Notes: a model not told the origin generated them from the letters alone. A stretch of DNA of 64,000 bases from Calditrichia bacterium (GCA_050633245.1 JBOEGD010000004.1:1-64000); one strand, 5' to 3'. Shown: positions 27,385 through 38,230, numbered from the stretch's first letter. Numbers and translations: made by a program.

Positions 27385-29028
27385 ATGAAGCGTTTGTTGA
27401 TACTAGCTTTGCTGTTACTGGCAAATTGTGTGTTCGCACAATCTTATGCGTTCGAATGGGCTCGTCAGGGCGGGGGAGTGGAAGATGATGAAATTTGGGG
27501 ACTTGCCGTCGATGTTGAGAATAACTACTTCATTGCGGGCGCATTTGAAGATGTATTCGGTCTCGGCGATACCGTCCTAACAAGTTCCGGTGAAGCTGAT
27601 ATCTTTCTGGCCAAATACAATCAAGACTCACAATTGTTATGGGCAAAGCGTTTTGGTAGCGAACATTATGACGCAGGCCTTACGACAACGACTGATAAAG
27701 AAGGCAATGTATATGTCGGCGGACTGACCGTTGAAGAAGATAATGAGGGTAATACTGACAGCAATATATGGTTTGCGGCGTTGACAGGAGATGGCGATTT
27801 GCTTTGGTCAGAGCAGATTCGTTCTGCGAGTAACGATGTGCTGTTGGATATGGTTATTGATAGAAATGGAATATTGTATTTGACAGGTGAATATGAAGGT
27901 GCCGGAAGTATGGGCGGTTTCCGCCTGGAAGAATTTGGTGGCAGCGATATTTTCCTTGCTGCGTATAGTATCTCCGATCGTCGCTTTACACATGTTGCCT
28001 CAACAGGGGGACCAGACTACGATTACGGGCTGGCACTGCATCTGGGGAATTCAGGTGAACTTGTCTGGTCTGGAACATTTTATGATTCTGCTTCTATTTT
28101 AGGCGAGCCTAAAGTCGCAGTGGGAATGGATGATGTATTTGTTGCTCATCTTGATGCTGCGACATTCGCGGTTAACTGGTTGGCTACTGGTGGCAGCGAT
28201 GAAGAAGATGCCGTTAACGGACTTACTATTGATAATAACGGAAACGTATTTCTTGCCGGAGACTTTCGAGCGCGTGCCCTATTCGATGGTGTTGTGGTTG
28301 AGAGTAGTGGCGAAAACGATGTTTTCCTTGCGAAGTACGACGCCTCGGGATTTGTTCAGTGGGTACGTCAGGCTGGCGGACGTGCTGAAGATCGGGCACT
28401 CTCTGTTGCTGTTGACGCCTCGGGAAATAGTTACGTCACTGGTGGCTTTAAGGAAACCGTGTGGTTCGACGACATCGAGCACCAGTCTGTTGGTGAGCTT
28501 GATATCTTTTTGGCTCGCTACGATGCAAATGGCACTTTGTTAACAGCTGTTAGCACTGGCGGCGAACGCAATGATGCTGCAACACGTTTGGAAATAGACG
28601 GCAGCGGTTCGCTTGTGATGGCAGGAGTTTTTCAAGCCGAAGCGGACTTTGGTGATACCAGTTTGGTTAGTGGTGGCGAATTTGATGTGTTTATCGGTCG
28701 TTTGTATGGTGCAGACATTACCGGTATTTTGCCAGCTGGAAGGATTGAAGAAGACTTTCGTCTGGCACCAAACTATCCAAACCCGTTTAATCCATCAACA
28801 ACTATACGCTTTTCCCTGGAAAAGGCAGCTGACGTTCGGCTGAGTATTTATTCGATTTTGGGTGAGGAAATTGCGGTACTGGTGCAGGGAGCTATCGAAG
28901 CAGGTGAGCACGACGCAATCTGGGATGGTCTTAATGCCGCAGGACATGAAGTCGCTAGTGGTATGTATCTCTATCGTCTTCAAACAGACCGGCATAGTGA
29001 AACGCAGCGGATGATTCTGTTGAAGTAA
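27385..29028 (+). CDS. Secreted SBBP-repeat beta-propeller protein with C-terminal sorting domain
   Basis: AAGGAG SD; repeats of D..GN.Y..G.F / D.FLAKYD..G...W; NYPNPFNP. Track start 27298. Confidence 0.88.
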   Translation: MKRLLILALLLLANCVFAQSYAFEWARQGGGVEDDEIWGLAVDVENNYFIAGAFEDVFGLGDTVLTSSGEADIFLAKYNQDSQLLWAKRFGSEHYDAGLTTTTDKEGNVYVGGLTVEEDNEGNTDSNIWFAALTGDGDLLWSEQIRSASNDVLLDMVIDRNGILYLTGEYEGAGSMGGFRLEEFGGSDIFLAAYSISDRRFTHVASTGGPDYDYGLALHLGNSGELVWSGTFYDSASILGEPKVAVGMDDVFVAHLDAATFAVNWLATGGSDEEDAVNGLTIDNNGNVFLAGDFRARALFDGVVVESSGENDVFLAKYDASGFVQWVRQAGGRAEDRALSVAVDASGNSYVTGGFKETVWFDDIEHQSVGELDIFLARYDANGTLLTAVSTGGERNDAATRLEIDGSGSLVMAGVFQAEADFGDTSLVSGGEFDVFIGRLYGADITGILPAGRIEEDFRLAPNYPNPFNPSTTIRFSLEKAADVRLSIYSILGEEIAVLVQGAIEAGEHDAIWDGLNAAGHEVASGMYLYRLQTDRHSETQRMILLK

Positions 29029-29047
29029 AAAGTCAACTTTAGCTAAT

Positions 29048-29091
29048 ACAGCCTGCCACTCTTTTTTAAGAGGAGCGGGCTGTCTTTATTT
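29048..29091 (+). terminator. Rho-independent terminator
   Basis: acagcctgc...gcgggctgt followed by ctttattt. Confidence 0.6.
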
Positions 29092-29332
29092 AGAAAAAGC
29101 CAAATTGGAAGCTTCGGATTAAAAAACGCATATTTGTTGCATTCAAATCAGCTAGACTTTTATATTGTGCGGTGTTGACGATCGTCAATTTAGTTTATTT
29201 ACTATAGCACTACTTTCTTGCTTAGTGAAGCATTGCCTTGTTGATTTTGCGTGATACGAGATGAGGCTGACTGGGAAATCAGGGAGCTTGGGGACAGTTA
29301 AAGTTACTTATTCATAACGTGAGGAACGTATT

Positions 29333-30775
29333 GTGACCACCTATCTCCGTCATTGCTGTATCGCCTTTTTTATACTCTTTTCTTGTACTATATCGTTTAG
29401 TTTTGCTCAAGCTCCGGTTGCAGAAGGTTTTTTTGAGCACAAACAGGATGGTCCTTGTTTGACTGACGAAGCCAGAGCAGAAATGATGTCGCGTTTAAAA
29501 GAGCGTATTGCCGAACTTCGCAGAGACAATAAATTAACGCACTTGAAAAAAAATGCTGAAGTAAAGTATTCCTGGCCGGTTGCAGTCTCTCCCGAAATTG
29601 ATGCCTTTGCAGTTCACGCGGTGTCGAATTATGTTGATCATGACAATGATAGCAATTCACTACAAGATTATGAGTGTGGCAATCGCACCTACGATAGCGG
29701 AAGCTATGATCACAAGGGAACCGATTATTTCTCCTGGCCATTTAGCTGGTATAAAATGGACAATGACCATGCCCAGGTTGTTGCGGCGGCAGACGGAGTG
29801 ATCGTCGAGATATACAGCGGGAATGATGACCGCAGCTGTAGCTTGAACGGATCCCAGTGGAATGCTATTTTTGTTATGCATGCCGATACATCGGTGACCT
29901 GGTATGGTCACATGAAGGAAAACAGTTTAACAAATAAAGACCTTGGCGATTCAGTCTCAGTTGGAGAATACCTGGGAATTATCGGGAGCTCCGGTAATTC
30001 AACGGGCCCGCATCTGCATTTTGAAGTCTATGATGGCGATAATCAATTAGTCGATCCGTACTTTGGGCCCTGTAATGAGCTAAATGATGATACCCTGTGG
30101 GTAGAGCAGCGCCCATATTACGACTCTGCTATCAACGCCTTAATGACGCATTCAGCACCACCGGTATTCCCGTCTTGTCCTAATCCGGAAACACCAAATG
30201 AGAAAAATATCTTTCTTGCCGGTGAAGAGGCCTTTTTTGCTGCCTATTATCGAGATCATAGAAGAGATCAAGTCTCCGATTTTGAAATCCTTCAGCCGGA
30301 CGGCAGCGTTTTTCAAAACTGGACGCATAGCCCGACCCGAAATTTTCGCAGTGCCGCCTACTATATATGGTCTTTTGATATGCCTTCTGATGCCATGCAG
30401 GGCACCTGGATTTTTCGCGCATCATTCGAGGGTGAAGTTTATGAAAAGACGTTTGAGGTTCCAACACTTACCGGGACAGGTGATGACGTTGTTCCTGTTA
30501 CCAGTGAGCTGGTTCAGAACTACCCCAATCCATTCAATCCCGAGACAACCATTGCTTATACTGTTAACCGGCCGGGAAGCGTTCGATTAACCATCTTCAA
30601 CTTGCTTGGTGAAGAAATTCGTCAGCTGGTAGACGTAAATCAAAGTTCTGGCCGCTATAGCGTTAAGTGGGATGGAAGAAATAATGAGGGTGCAACTGTG
30701 GGAAGCGGAGTTTATCTATATCGTCTGGAAACGGTTGAATTAACTGAGACCAGGCGTATGACGCTTGTCCGATAA
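29333..30775 (+). CDS. Secreted M23 family metallopeptidase with C-terminal sorting domain
   Basis: HKGTD (HxxxD), VVAAADGV, YGHM, GSSGNSTGPHLHFEV; NYPNPFNP. Confidence 0.9.
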   Translation: MTTYLRHCCIAFFILFSCTISFSFAQAPVAEGFFEHKQDGPCLTDEARAEMMSRLKERIAELRRDNKLTHLKKNAEVKYSWPVAVSPEIDAFAVHAVSNYVDHDNDSNSLQDYECGNRTYDSGSYDHKGTDYFSWPFSWYKMDNDHAQVVAAADGVIVEIYSGNDDRSCSLNGSQWNAIFVMHADTSVTWYGHMKENSLTNKDLGDSVSVGEYLGIIGSSGNSTGPHLHFEVYDGDNQLVDPYFGPCNELNDDTLWVEQRPYYDSAINALMTHSAPPVFPSCPNPETPNEKNIFLAGEEAFFAAYYRDHRRDQVSDFEILQPDGSVFQNWTHSPTRNFRSAAYYIWSFDMPSDAMQGTWIFRASFEGEVYEKTFEVPTLTGTGDDVVPVTSELVQNYPNPFNPETTIAYTVNRPGSVRLTIFNLLGEEIRQLVDVNQSSGRYSVKWDGRNNEGATVGSGVYLYRLETVELTETRRMTLVR

Positions 30776-30833
30776 GCGAAATAATAAATAATGTAGCAGC
30801 AGAGAACGCAGTAATTGCAAGGAGGCATTTCTA

Positions 30834-32276
30834 ATGCTAAATGACCTGAGTTTAAGGCATATACTTTATGGTATATGCCTTGTTATTTTCACCGGTGTTT
30901 CTGTGCTCTCGCAGGAACTCGCTGGCTTTGGGAATTACGAACACCGTCAGACAGAACCCTGTATTTCGGATGCTGAACGAACTCATATTAAGCAAGAGCT
31001 TAATAAAAGCATTCAGCAGCTTAAAGCCGAGGGGCGTTTGAAATTACCACGGCAAAATGGAACCGTCACATTTATAGAACCAATTCGTACTGCGCCAGGT
31101 GTTGATGCCTTTCAAACTTATGGCACGTCAAACTTTGTTGATCACAATGGAAACGCGAATGCGCTACAGGATTATCAGTGCGGAACCCGTACCTATGATA
31201 CGCCATCGTATAATCATAGCGGAGTTGATTATTTTGGCTGGCCGTTTGGCTGGTATCAAATGGATAACGATCAGGTTGAGATAATTGCCGCCGCAGACGG
31301 TGTGATCATTCAAAAGTTTGATGGTTGGTTCGATCGTAACTGCTCGTTTAACGGTTCTCAATGGAATGCGATTTATCTAATGCATTCAGACTCTACAGTT
31401 ACATGGTATGGACATTTGAAAGCAAACAGCGTTACCAGCAAAATAGCTGGAGAAAGCGTTGTGGCCGGTGAGTATCTTGGTATTATGGGAAGTTCGGGTA
31501 ATTCGACTGGCCCACACCTGCACTTTGAAGTATATGATGCATCGGGCAACCTTCAGGATCCGTTTGCGGGGCCTTGTAATAATCTTAACACGTCATCAAT
31601 GTGGCAGAATCAAACATCTTATTACGATGCCGGAATAAATCAGCTGTTATTACATTCCGCGCTGCCTGTTTTTCCAGCTTGTCCGACGCAGGAAGTGGTT
31701 AATATCAAGGAAACGGTAGCTCCTGGTGAGTTGACGTACTTTGCATCCTACTATCGCGATCATCAACAAGGACAACGTAGCGACTTTAGTATCCTGCGCC
31801 CTGACGGCACTGTGTGGGTGGTTTGGGATCATACGCAAACGGCGCCGTATTTTAACGCCTCGTATTATGCCTGGACCTGGATTTTGCCAACGAATGCAGA
31901 GGCCGGTACGTGGACATGGCGAGCGGAATTTCAGGGGGTAGTATACGACAAAACCTTTATTGTAAACTCTCCGACCGGCATTGGAGACGAGCCGGAGAAT
32001 ATGGCGATTCCTCAGTCGCTGGAGCTCTCGCAGAACTATCCGAATCCGTTTAACCCGACGACTATTATAAGTTATTCCTTACCGGAACGAACCAGCGTCA
32101 GGTTGCGTGTATACAATACGGCAGGGCAGGAAGTGGCAGACCTCGTGAATGCTAATCAGTCGGCTGGAAACTATAGCATTGACTTCGATGCTGCTAATTT
32201 ACCAAGCGGAAGCTATCTGTATCGCTTAACGACCTCAGCAGGTACAATTACCAATAAGATGACACTGTTAAAATAA
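30834..32276 (+). CDS. Secreted M23 family metallopeptidase (tandem paralog) with C-terminal sorting domain
   Basis: HSGVD, IIAAADGV, YGHL, GSSGNSTGPHLHFEV; NYPNPFNP; AGGAGG SD. Confidence 0.9.
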   Translation: MLNDLSLRHILYGICLVIFTGVSVLSQELAGFGNYEHRQTEPCISDAERTHIKQELNKSIQQLKAEGRLKLPRQNGTVTFIEPIRTAPGVDAFQTYGTSNFVDHNGNANALQDYQCGTRTYDTPSYNHSGVDYFGWPFGWYQMDNDQVEIIAAADGVIIQKFDGWFDRNCSFNGSQWNAIYLMHSDSTVTWYGHLKANSVTSKIAGESVVAGEYLGIMGSSGNSTGPHLHFEVYDASGNLQDPFAGPCNNLNTSSMWQNQTSYYDAGINQLLLHSALPVFPACPTQEVVNIKETVAPGELTYFASYYRDHQQGQRSDFSILRPDGTVWVVWDHTQTAPYFNASYYAWTWILPTNAEAGTWTWRAEFQGVVYDKTFIVNSPTGIGDEPENMAIPQSLELSQNYPNPFNPTTIISYSLPERTSVRLRVYNTAGQEVADLVNANQSAGNYSIDFDAANLPSGSYLYRLTTSAGTITNKMTLLK

Positions 32277-32300
32277 ACAGAGCGACACCTACAAAAGCTT

Positions 32301-32336
32301 ATGCCGGTTTCTAGTATAGAAATCGGCATTTTTTTT
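32301..32336 (+). terminator. Rho-independent terminator
   Basis: atgccggtttcta / tagaaatcggcat followed by a T-run. Confidence 0.85.
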
Positions 32337-32504
32337 AAGCAAAAAGACGTGGAACATGTAAGATATACTGTCATTCAATTGTCAGCCGAACATAGGTAGA
32401 AAGAATACACCGGCAAAAGTATCAGTACTTGATTAGATTGCCGAAATATTTTATAATAAGGAGCTTTGTTCGGTTAGAGATTCGAAATGGAATGAGGAGA
32501 ATAC

Positions 32505-33596
32505 ATGAACACCATAAGCATAACAAAAAATTACCTGACAACAATTACAATTGTCCTTTTGACAGGGGCGATGTCGCTGCTGGCGCAGAAAGTTCCGCAG
32601 GTACCTGCCGATGCAATGGCACCAATGGACTCAACTTTTGATAAGCCGCTAAAAAACGGTATTGCAATGGTATATGGCGATAACTATCAGGGCAGTATCG
32701 CCTTGTTTGATAGTCTACAGAAGGTTTACCCGGCACATCCTGCACCATATTTCTATATGGCAGCTTCGTACCAAGCCTGGATGGGAAGTTATCGAATTAA
32801 CAAGTTTCAAAAAAAGCTTGAAGATAATGTTGAATTTGCCATCGAGAAGGGCAATGATCTTATTGAAAAAAATCCTGCTGATCCGTGGCTAAACTTTTAT
32901 GTTGGTGCTGCCTACGGGTATCGCGCGTTTAACCGCTTTCGCAACTCAAACTGGATCGGCGCTTATTTTGATGGTCGTAAGGGGATCGGAAACTTTGAGA
33001 AATCACTGGAAAAAGAAGAAACGCTCTACGACGTTTATCTCGGACTTGGCTCATATTATTACTGGCGAACTGCGCGTTCCAAGTTTATTCGTGCCGTCGC
33101 ATTCTGGATGCGCGATAAGCGTAAAGAAGGACTCAAACAAATAGAGTTCTCCATTAAACATGGTCGTTACTGTCCACCGGAATCCATCTTCGGTTTGGTG
33201 ATTGCTCTTTATGATGATGAGCAATATGACAAGGCGTATTCTATTCTGAATACATATATGGAAGATGAGCAGCAGAATATAATCTCAGGACTCTATCTAC
33301 GAGGCTTACTTGAAGCTCAGCGACAGGACTGGACAAAAACTCGGGAATTGTTTACTAAAATTCTAACCCGTCTGGAATCTCATCAATATCAGTCGATTGG
33401 CTATCAGGTGGAGTGTAAATACTGGCTGGCGTTGGCTGCCCAGAAGCAAAATGATCTGGAAAACGCCAAAAAACTTGCGACTGAAGCAAGGGCAATGAGT
33501 AAAAAACGTAACAAAGATGTAGAACTTGAAGGCCCAATCTTTGAGTTTAATGCGATAATGGATCGTCTTAAAGAGCTGGAAAAGCAGCTCGGTTAA
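32505..33596 (+). CDS. Secreted TPR-like helical repeat protein
   Basis: Signal peptide; HPAPYFY, FYVGAAYGY, DVYLGLGSYYYW helical repeats; GAGGAG SD. Confidence 0.75.
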   Translation: MNTISITKNYLTTITIVLLTGAMSLLAQKVPQVPADAMAPMDSTFDKPLKNGIAMVYGDNYQGSIALFDSLQKVYPAHPAPYFYMAASYQAWMGSYRINKFQKKLEDNVEFAIEKGNDLIEKNPADPWLNFYVGAAYGYRAFNRFRNSNWIGAYFDGRKGIGNFEKSLEKEETLYDVYLGLGSYYYWRTARSKFIRAVAFWMRDKRKEGLKQIEFSIKHGRYCPPESIFGLVIALYDDEQYDKAYSILNTYMEDEQQNIISGLYLRGLLEAQRQDWTKTRELFTKILTRLESHQYQSIGYQVECKYWLALAAQKQNDLENAKKLATEARAMSKKRNKDVELEGPIFEFNAIMDRLKELEKQLG

Positions 33597-33606
33597 TACC
33601 CTCTTT

Positions 33607-33640
33607 TAAACCCTGGCGATAGATAGTCGCCGGGGTTTTA
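33607..33640 (+). terminator. Hairpin terminator
   Basis: taaaccctggcga / tcgccggggtttta. Confidence 0.7.
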
Positions 33641-33775
33641 CTCTGCAACAGTTCATCCCTTCGCCAATTTCTTTCAAAAATAAAGCTTCATTACCCCGAA
33701 TTTATCACGCTCTCCCTTATGATGTTTTTAATCTTGTTGTATTCGAAAACAATATTCTCTTACTCTGAGGTGACC

Positions 33776-35320
33776 ATGAAATCCTACTCTTCCTTCTTAG
33801 CCGTTTTGTTCCTTTTACTACCATTTTGGACTTTTGCACAGATCACGCCGGAAGACGGCGATTGGGCAGAGCGCTATGTGGTTTTAGTTAATACTCCTCA
33901 GGCCGATTTGATGGCGCGAACGGGAGATATCGATAACCTCGGATTTGGTTGGCCAACGAACTTCGATCCTTTCTCCGGAAATAACACACCAAGCCATAGT
34001 TTCCCCTGGGCACCAGACTCAACGGACGTTCAGGGGCTCGATCGCGTACTTGTTCTCAGCAGTTATAATGGAAGTCCTCCGGCCGGAAGAGATGGTTATG
34101 CCAGAACAACAGACCGACCAGCGAATAGCGTGGTTCCGGTTACCGTTGCCTGGCCTGCTGGCAGCATCTCGCAGATCGATTCTGCATTGCTTCAAATATT
34201 TGTGGACGATTTTCAAGCTCCGGTTTGGCAGGCCGATTACCAAATGCGCCTTGATGGCGTGCGTGTTCCGGTTATGGAAAATGTTATTAACAGTCTTCAA
34301 CAGACCGGTCCAATTGGCAGAATTGTTAACTTGCCGATTCCAGGTAATTTGCTGTATTTATTGGCCGATGACTCCCTGACAATCTTAATAGATGATTCCA
34401 CGACCGGAGCAGGAGATGGTTTCGCGTTGGATTTTGTTAAAATTCTTGTCAATCCAACAAATATTAGTCAGACCGGTATTGTAACAGGTACCATTCGGGA
34501 CGACTCAACCCAGGACTTGCTCAGTGGAGTGAGGGTAACCGCAAATGGACTTGTGAGCGACACCACGGATTCCAGTGGTGTGTATTCGATACAGGGAGTG
34601 TTGGCTGGGTTAGTCACTCTTGAAACCTACAAAGCTGGTTATGGTAGCGTAACTCAACGTTCACAGATAGCCACCGGGCAAACAGCTACCGTCAATTTCT
34701 CACTGCAGGCACCAGCGCCGCAAATTATATCTGTTGCTCCGGCGAACGGCATGACAATGGTAGCTGTAAACACCACATTGGTAGTAGATTTCAATTCTGC
34801 GATGGACACAGCATCTATAAACACAAATAGCTTTATTGTAACCGGTGGGCAAAATACCATCAGTGGAAGCATTACATATAATGGGAACCAGGTCGTTTTT
34901 ACACCAACACAAACGCTAGAGCCAGGTTTGGTGTTCTCTGCCACGCTTACGACTGAAGTTACGGATGAGAGTGGCGTTGCTATAGAAAGATCATTTAGCT
35001 GGAGTTTTACAACGGAGCAGCCAACGGGGATCTCCGAGCTGAGGGAAAACGTATCGGAAATTTTTGTGCTGGAGCAAAACTATCCCAATCCGTTTAACCC
35101 TTCAACAACAATTCGATTTACCTTGACAGAAGCAGCAGCTCTAACCCTAAGTATTTTTACACCAGATGGCCGACTTGTACAAATACTGGACAGCGGTAAT
35201 TACTCCGTAGGGCAGCATCAGGTGATATGGAACTCTAAAGGATTTGCAAGCGGAATATATCTGTATAGGCTATCCTCATCTGCAGCTGTTCAGACGCGCA
35301 AAATGATGCTACTTAAGTAA
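33776..35320 (+). CDS. Secreted multidomain protein: unknown N-domain, carboxypeptidase-regulatory-like, Ig-like (Big_5) and C-terminal sorting domains
   Basis: GAGGTG SD; VTGTIRD..LSGVRV..TDSSGVY; P.IISVAPANG..V.FNSAMD..FTPT..WSFTT; NYPNPFNP. Confidence 0.8.
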   Translation: MKSYSSFLAVLFLLLPFWTFAQITPEDGDWAERYVVLVNTPQADLMARTGDIDNLGFGWPTNFDPFSGNNTPSHSFPWAPDSTDVQGLDRVLVLSSYNGSPPAGRDGYARTTDRPANSVVPVTVAWPAGSISQIDSALLQIFVDDFQAPVWQADYQMRLDGVRVPVMENVINSLQQTGPIGRIVNLPIPGNLLYLLADDSLTILIDDSTTGAGDGFALDFVKILVNPTNISQTGIVTGTIRDDSTQDLLSGVRVTANGLVSDTTDSSGVYSIQGVLAGLVTLETYKAGYGSVTQRSQIATGQTATVNFSLQAPAPQIISVAPANGMTMVAVNTTLVVDFNSAMDTASINTNSFIVTGGQNTISGSITYNGNQVVFTPTQTLEPGLVFSATLTTEVTDESGVAIERSFSWSFTTEQPTGISELRENVSEIFVLEQNYPNPFNPSTTIRFTLTEAAALTLSIFTPDGRLVQILDSGNYSVGQHQVIWNSKGFASGIYLYRLSSSAAVQTRKMMLLK

Positions 35321-35593
35321 TAGACTACGACGGGTGGGCTGTAAGGGTGTGCGGGAAAGCTTATAGGTTGTGCAACAGCTCGTAAAAGCTACACATAACC
35401 CCAGAATTACAACGAGTGGCTTTATTCGAACAAGACTCATACATACCTCCAATGTTTTAGTCTCTTTTCCATTTTGTCCGTATTCTGATTTTTGCTGAAA
35501 AATAGATATTTTATTTAAACCAATCTTCTGATTGGCTTATATTTATGTTATTAAAAGGGTTGTGTTTTTTCGCAGGAATTAATTTTCAAGCGG

Positions 35594-37237
35594 TTGTCAA
35601 GAATGGATCAAGTGACCAGAGCAACGATAAGAGTACTAGTCTTCATCCTTGTTTCCGCCTCTCTAATGTCCGGTAAGGAGCCATCAGGTCTTTCGATTCC
35701 CTTATTTCGTCAGCATCTGGATGTTCTCGGAAGTGATCGTTTAAATGGGCGTGGAACCGGCACCGAGGGTGAGCTGATGGCAGCTCGTTATATTGCGCAA
35801 ATGCTTCGTAATTCCGGAGTTAAAGCAGGTGTTGGCGATGATAACTACTTTCAGCTCATACCGATGCAGGGTAGTCGTATATCCGCAGAGAGCAAGTTAA
35901 CAGTTCATTTTTCCGACATTAAGGTCGATTTACTGCTTCAGAAAGATTATTTGGTAGACAATGCCGGTGGTCTCGATTTCTTCGCGCAGCCAGTTGAAAT
36001 GGTTTTTGTCGGTTATGGAATAGTGGCTCCTGAGTTTGACTATAGTGATTATCAAGGCATTGATATCCGTGGCAAAATTGCGGTTTATCTTGATGGAGAA
36101 CCAGAGTCTGACGACGAGAGTTTCTTTTTTGGCAACATGCGAACTATATACAGCTACCCGGAGGCAAAGCAGAGAATTGCTCAAAGCCGTGGTGCGCTTG
36201 CCACCATTCTTATTCCCGCAAAATCTGATGAGCAAAACTGGGCGAAATGGCAGCGCTCATTTGGGTTTGAGGAAGTAAAACTTGCTTATTCTGCCGCAGA
36301 AATACTTAGTCTGATCGTTCCTGCTAATGTTGCCGGCACCTTTTTTCGCGAAGCAGGCTTTTCGCTTCAAGAGGCTTTTGACTTTAAGGCAAGGGGCGAT
36401 ATGCGAAGCTTTCCGTTGAACTCCAGCTTACACTTTTCCGGAGAATTCTCCCGACGGGAATTTAATGCGCGTAATGTAGCCGGAATGATTCCCGGTCGAA
36501 ATTCGCGATTGCGGGATGAATTTCTGCTGTTAAGCGCTCACTACGATCATCTCGGAGTAGGATCGGCGATTGACGGTGACTCTATCTATAACGGTGTTTT
36601 TGATAATGCTGCCGGCGTAGCAGCGGTGTTAGAACTCGCTCGTCTATTTGCTGAGAACCCACCCGAGAAATCGGTTTTATTCTTATTTGTTACCGGGGAA
36701 GAGAGAGGATTACTGGGATCGAGCTACTATGTTGACCATCCCATTGTGCCGCTATTTAAGACTATTGCCAACGTAAATGTAGATGGTATTTCAATGTTCG
36801 AACAACTGCGCGAAGTTCTGGGGGTTGGCAGCGGGCTGTCTTCATTGAGCGATTATTTAATGGCGAGTGCCCACGCAATGGACATGTCTGTAGGAAGTAT
36901 ACCCGATGGATTTTCCATACTCGAAAACTTTGCGCGATCAGATCAGATCTCGTTTGCCCGTGCCGGTGTCCCCGCTATTTTAGTTGTTGAGGGCAACAAA
37001 TATGTTTCTACGCCGGATGTGGATGCTGTGCGGCGGATGCAGACATGGGCGCAGACTATTTACCATACACCGTTTGATGATCTTTCCCAGTCTGTAAACT
37101 ATGCCGCCGTAGAGCAACATGTCCTTTTGTTGGAGCATCTGTGCCGCGCACTGACCAATTCTAAAGAACCGATCGTTTGGAATTCCGATGTACGGTATCG
37201 GGTAGAGCGTTATCGTACGAGGGCAGAGCGCAGATGA
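35594..37237 (+). CDS. M28 family aminopeptidase with PA domain
   Basis: SAHYDHLG, NGVFDNAAG, GEERGLLGS, NVDG, RSDQ, YHTPFD; PA insert VFVGYGI..DY.GID.RGKI. Confidence 0.92.
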   Translation: MSRMDQVTRATIRVLVFILVSASLMSGKEPSGLSIPLFRQHLDVLGSDRLNGRGTGTEGELMAARYIAQMLRNSGVKAGVGDDNYFQLIPMQGSRISAESKLTVHFSDIKVDLLLQKDYLVDNAGGLDFFAQPVEMVFVGYGIVAPEFDYSDYQGIDIRGKIAVYLDGEPESDDESFFFGNMRTIYSYPEAKQRIAQSRGALATILIPAKSDEQNWAKWQRSFGFEEVKLAYSAAEILSLIVPANVAGTFFREAGFSLQEAFDFKARGDMRSFPLNSSLHFSGEFSRREFNARNVAGMIPGRNSRLRDEFLLLSAHYDHLGVGSAIDGDSIYNGVFDNAAGVAAVLELARLFAENPPEKSVLFLFVTGEERGLLGSSYYVDHPIVPLFKTIANVNVDGISMFEQLREVLGVGSGLSSLSDYLMASAHAMDMSVGSIPDGFSILENFARSDQISFARAGVPAILVVEGNKYVSTPDVDAVRRMQTWAQTIYHTPFDDLSQSVNYAAVEQHVLLLEHLCRALTNSKEPIVWNSDVRYRVERYRTRAERR

Positions 37238-37282
37238 TTTGCTCTTTTGAGCAAATAGTCTTATGCTTGTCTACAAAAGGTT

Positions 37283-38131
37283 ATGAACAAAAAATATCAT
37301 AAAATGTGTTCAGCACGGATTGCAGTTCTCTTATTCAGCTTACTCTTCCTACTGCAATGTGCGGGAACTTCGCAGCGTGAGTCGGCGATTCTCCGAATCC
37401 AGGGCTCGGATACCATGCTGAAGCTTATGCAGCGTTGTGCGACCGAGTATATGTCAAAGCACTCCACTGTCTCCGTCTACGTTGATGGTGGTGGAACCTC
37501 ACTGGGCTTGGAACGCCTTATTTCCGGGGGGGTTGATATATGTATGGCTTCACGAACCCTTCGTCCGGATGAATCAGTGGCACTGGCAGATAACTATCAA
37601 AGTGTCGGCTTGTCTGTACTGATTGCAAAAGATGCCCTCAGCGTCTATTTAAATCCCGCTAATCCGGTCAGGAACCTTACAACCTCCCAGCTTAAATCAA
37701 TCTTTACCGGGGAAATTGATAATTGGAAAGAGGTCGGTGGAAACGATGAGCCGATTCTTCTGGTTACGCGACCCACGAATTCCGGTACACATTTTTACTT
37801 TCGGGAACGAATTTTGGAGGGTGAGAAATATGGTGATTCCAGCCTTATTCTAAACACGACTGATAGCGTGATTAACTATATTCGCAAGCATTCTGCTGCA
37901 ATTGGATATGGTGGTTTTGCCTATGGACCGGACTTACCACATATTAAAATTGGCGGAGTTGCGCCGACCGTAACGTCCATTCGGGACGATAAATATCCAA
38001 TTACGCGATATCTGCTACTCTACACACTGGAAAAGCCACGCGGAGCGAGCAAGAAATTCATTGACTGGATGCTCAGCGTGGATGGACAGGTTGTCGTTCG
38101 TGAATCCGGCTACGTGCCGTTATGGAAGTAA
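37283..38131 (+). CDS. pstS: Phosphate-binding lipoprotein PstS
   Basis: Lipobox LLQC; IQGSDTM, GGGTS.G, MASR, AKDALSV, SGT..YF, YPITRYL. Confidence 0.9.
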   Translation: MNKKYHKMCSARIAVLLFSLLFLLQCAGTSQRESAILRIQGSDTMLKLMQRCATEYMSKHSTVSVYVDGGGTSLGLERLISGGVDICMASRTLRPDESVALADNYQSVGLSVLIAKDALSVYLNPANPVRNLTTSQLKSIFTGEIDNWKEVGGNDEPILLVTRPTNSGTHFYFRERILEGEKYGDSSLILNTTDSVINYIRKHSAAIGYGGFAYGPDLPHIKIGGVAPTVTSIRDDKYPITRYLLLYTLEKPRGASKKFIDWMLSVDGQVVVRESGYVPLWK

Positions 38132-38144
38132 AGTTATAACCAAA

Positions 38145-38177
38145 GAAGCAATGCCTGTTACTGCCTGGCATTGCTTC
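38145..38177. terminator. Hairpin between convergent genes
   Basis: gaagcaatgcc / ggcattgcttc. Confidence 0.7.
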
Positions 38178-38230
38178 CTGGTATTACGGGAGTTTGTTTG
38201 TATTACATCCGCATTATGTGTTCTGAAAAC

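Noticed and set aside
35341-35590. Pho box upstream of the M28-pstS unit
   Set aside because: GCAAC/GTAAA-like words are present but not at a consistent 11-bp period.
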